Positions 35,141 through 35,289 of a DNA stretch of 35,289 bases are shown one piece after another (positions within the stretch are counted from its first letter, which is position 1; every line of letters begins with the position of its first letter). Under the pieces are notes generated by a model that was not told where the DNA came from, did no database searches, and saw only the letters and a program-made list of their open reading frames with translations. The position numbers and the translations under genes are program-made. The stretch comes from a virus, in UHGV virus genome UHGV-0114939; one strand, 5' to 3'.

Positions 35141-35289
35141 CTATTCCGGTTTATCAGGCCATTCAATATCCGGCGCTTTCGACGTTTCCACTTCCCGCAC
35201 AGCTTTGATGTAGTTCATCCAGGCTATCAGACTGGCTTTATCTTCATCGCTGATAATGCCTAACTTTAGCTCAGCCTGCCAGAAGCTAA
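35141..35289 (-). CDS. tail fibre assembly protein, C-terminal end (5' part outside the window)
   Basis: Hand-translated minus frame ends ...ISDEDKASLIAWMNYIKAVREVETSKAPDIEWPDKPE with stop at 35141-35143, matching the conserved Tfa C-terminus (compare ...[25 protein letters not shown]). Confidence 0.7.
   Translation of the reverse strand, partial: SFWQAELKLGIISDEDKASLIAWMNYIKAVREVETSKAPDIEWPDKPE

Overview
Enterobacterial-type (E. coli/Shigella/Salmonella-like) accessory region built from at least two integrase-bearing elements in tandem, sharing a core identical to the 3' end of tRNA-Thr (thrW-like) at 20293-20328 and 34290-34333 (no intact tRNA in the window). All protein identifications are from motif recognition by eye, not database searches. 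Element A (left, nearly all genes on the minus strand): P4-type tyrosine integrase, AlpA, antirepressor-like protein, an operon of small translationally coupled genes, and a P4-alpha-like primase-helicase. Downstream of the primase an 8.2-kb cassette is bracketed by inverted iteron clusters with perfect 41-bp outer ends; it carries a podovirus-like internal-virion/ejection module (with an SLT-domain protein), a lipoprotein and an XhlA-like protein. Further left are a PerC-like regulator, a Panacea-domain TA-like pair and a pRiA4b-ORF3-like protein. Element B (right): a second tyrosine integrase, then a DarT-like (DUF4433) ADP-ribosyltransferase tightly coupled to a partner with no macrodomain or NADAR signature, which is the strongest candidate for an undescribed toxin-antitoxin/defence pair. 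It also has lambda D/E-like head genes, a tape-measure-like protein, four 23-bp iterons, a small FimB/FimE-like recombinase and a low-GC cargo block. Right flank: a serine DNA invertase and the 3' end of a tail-fibre assembly gene. No rRNA or CRISPR array seen.
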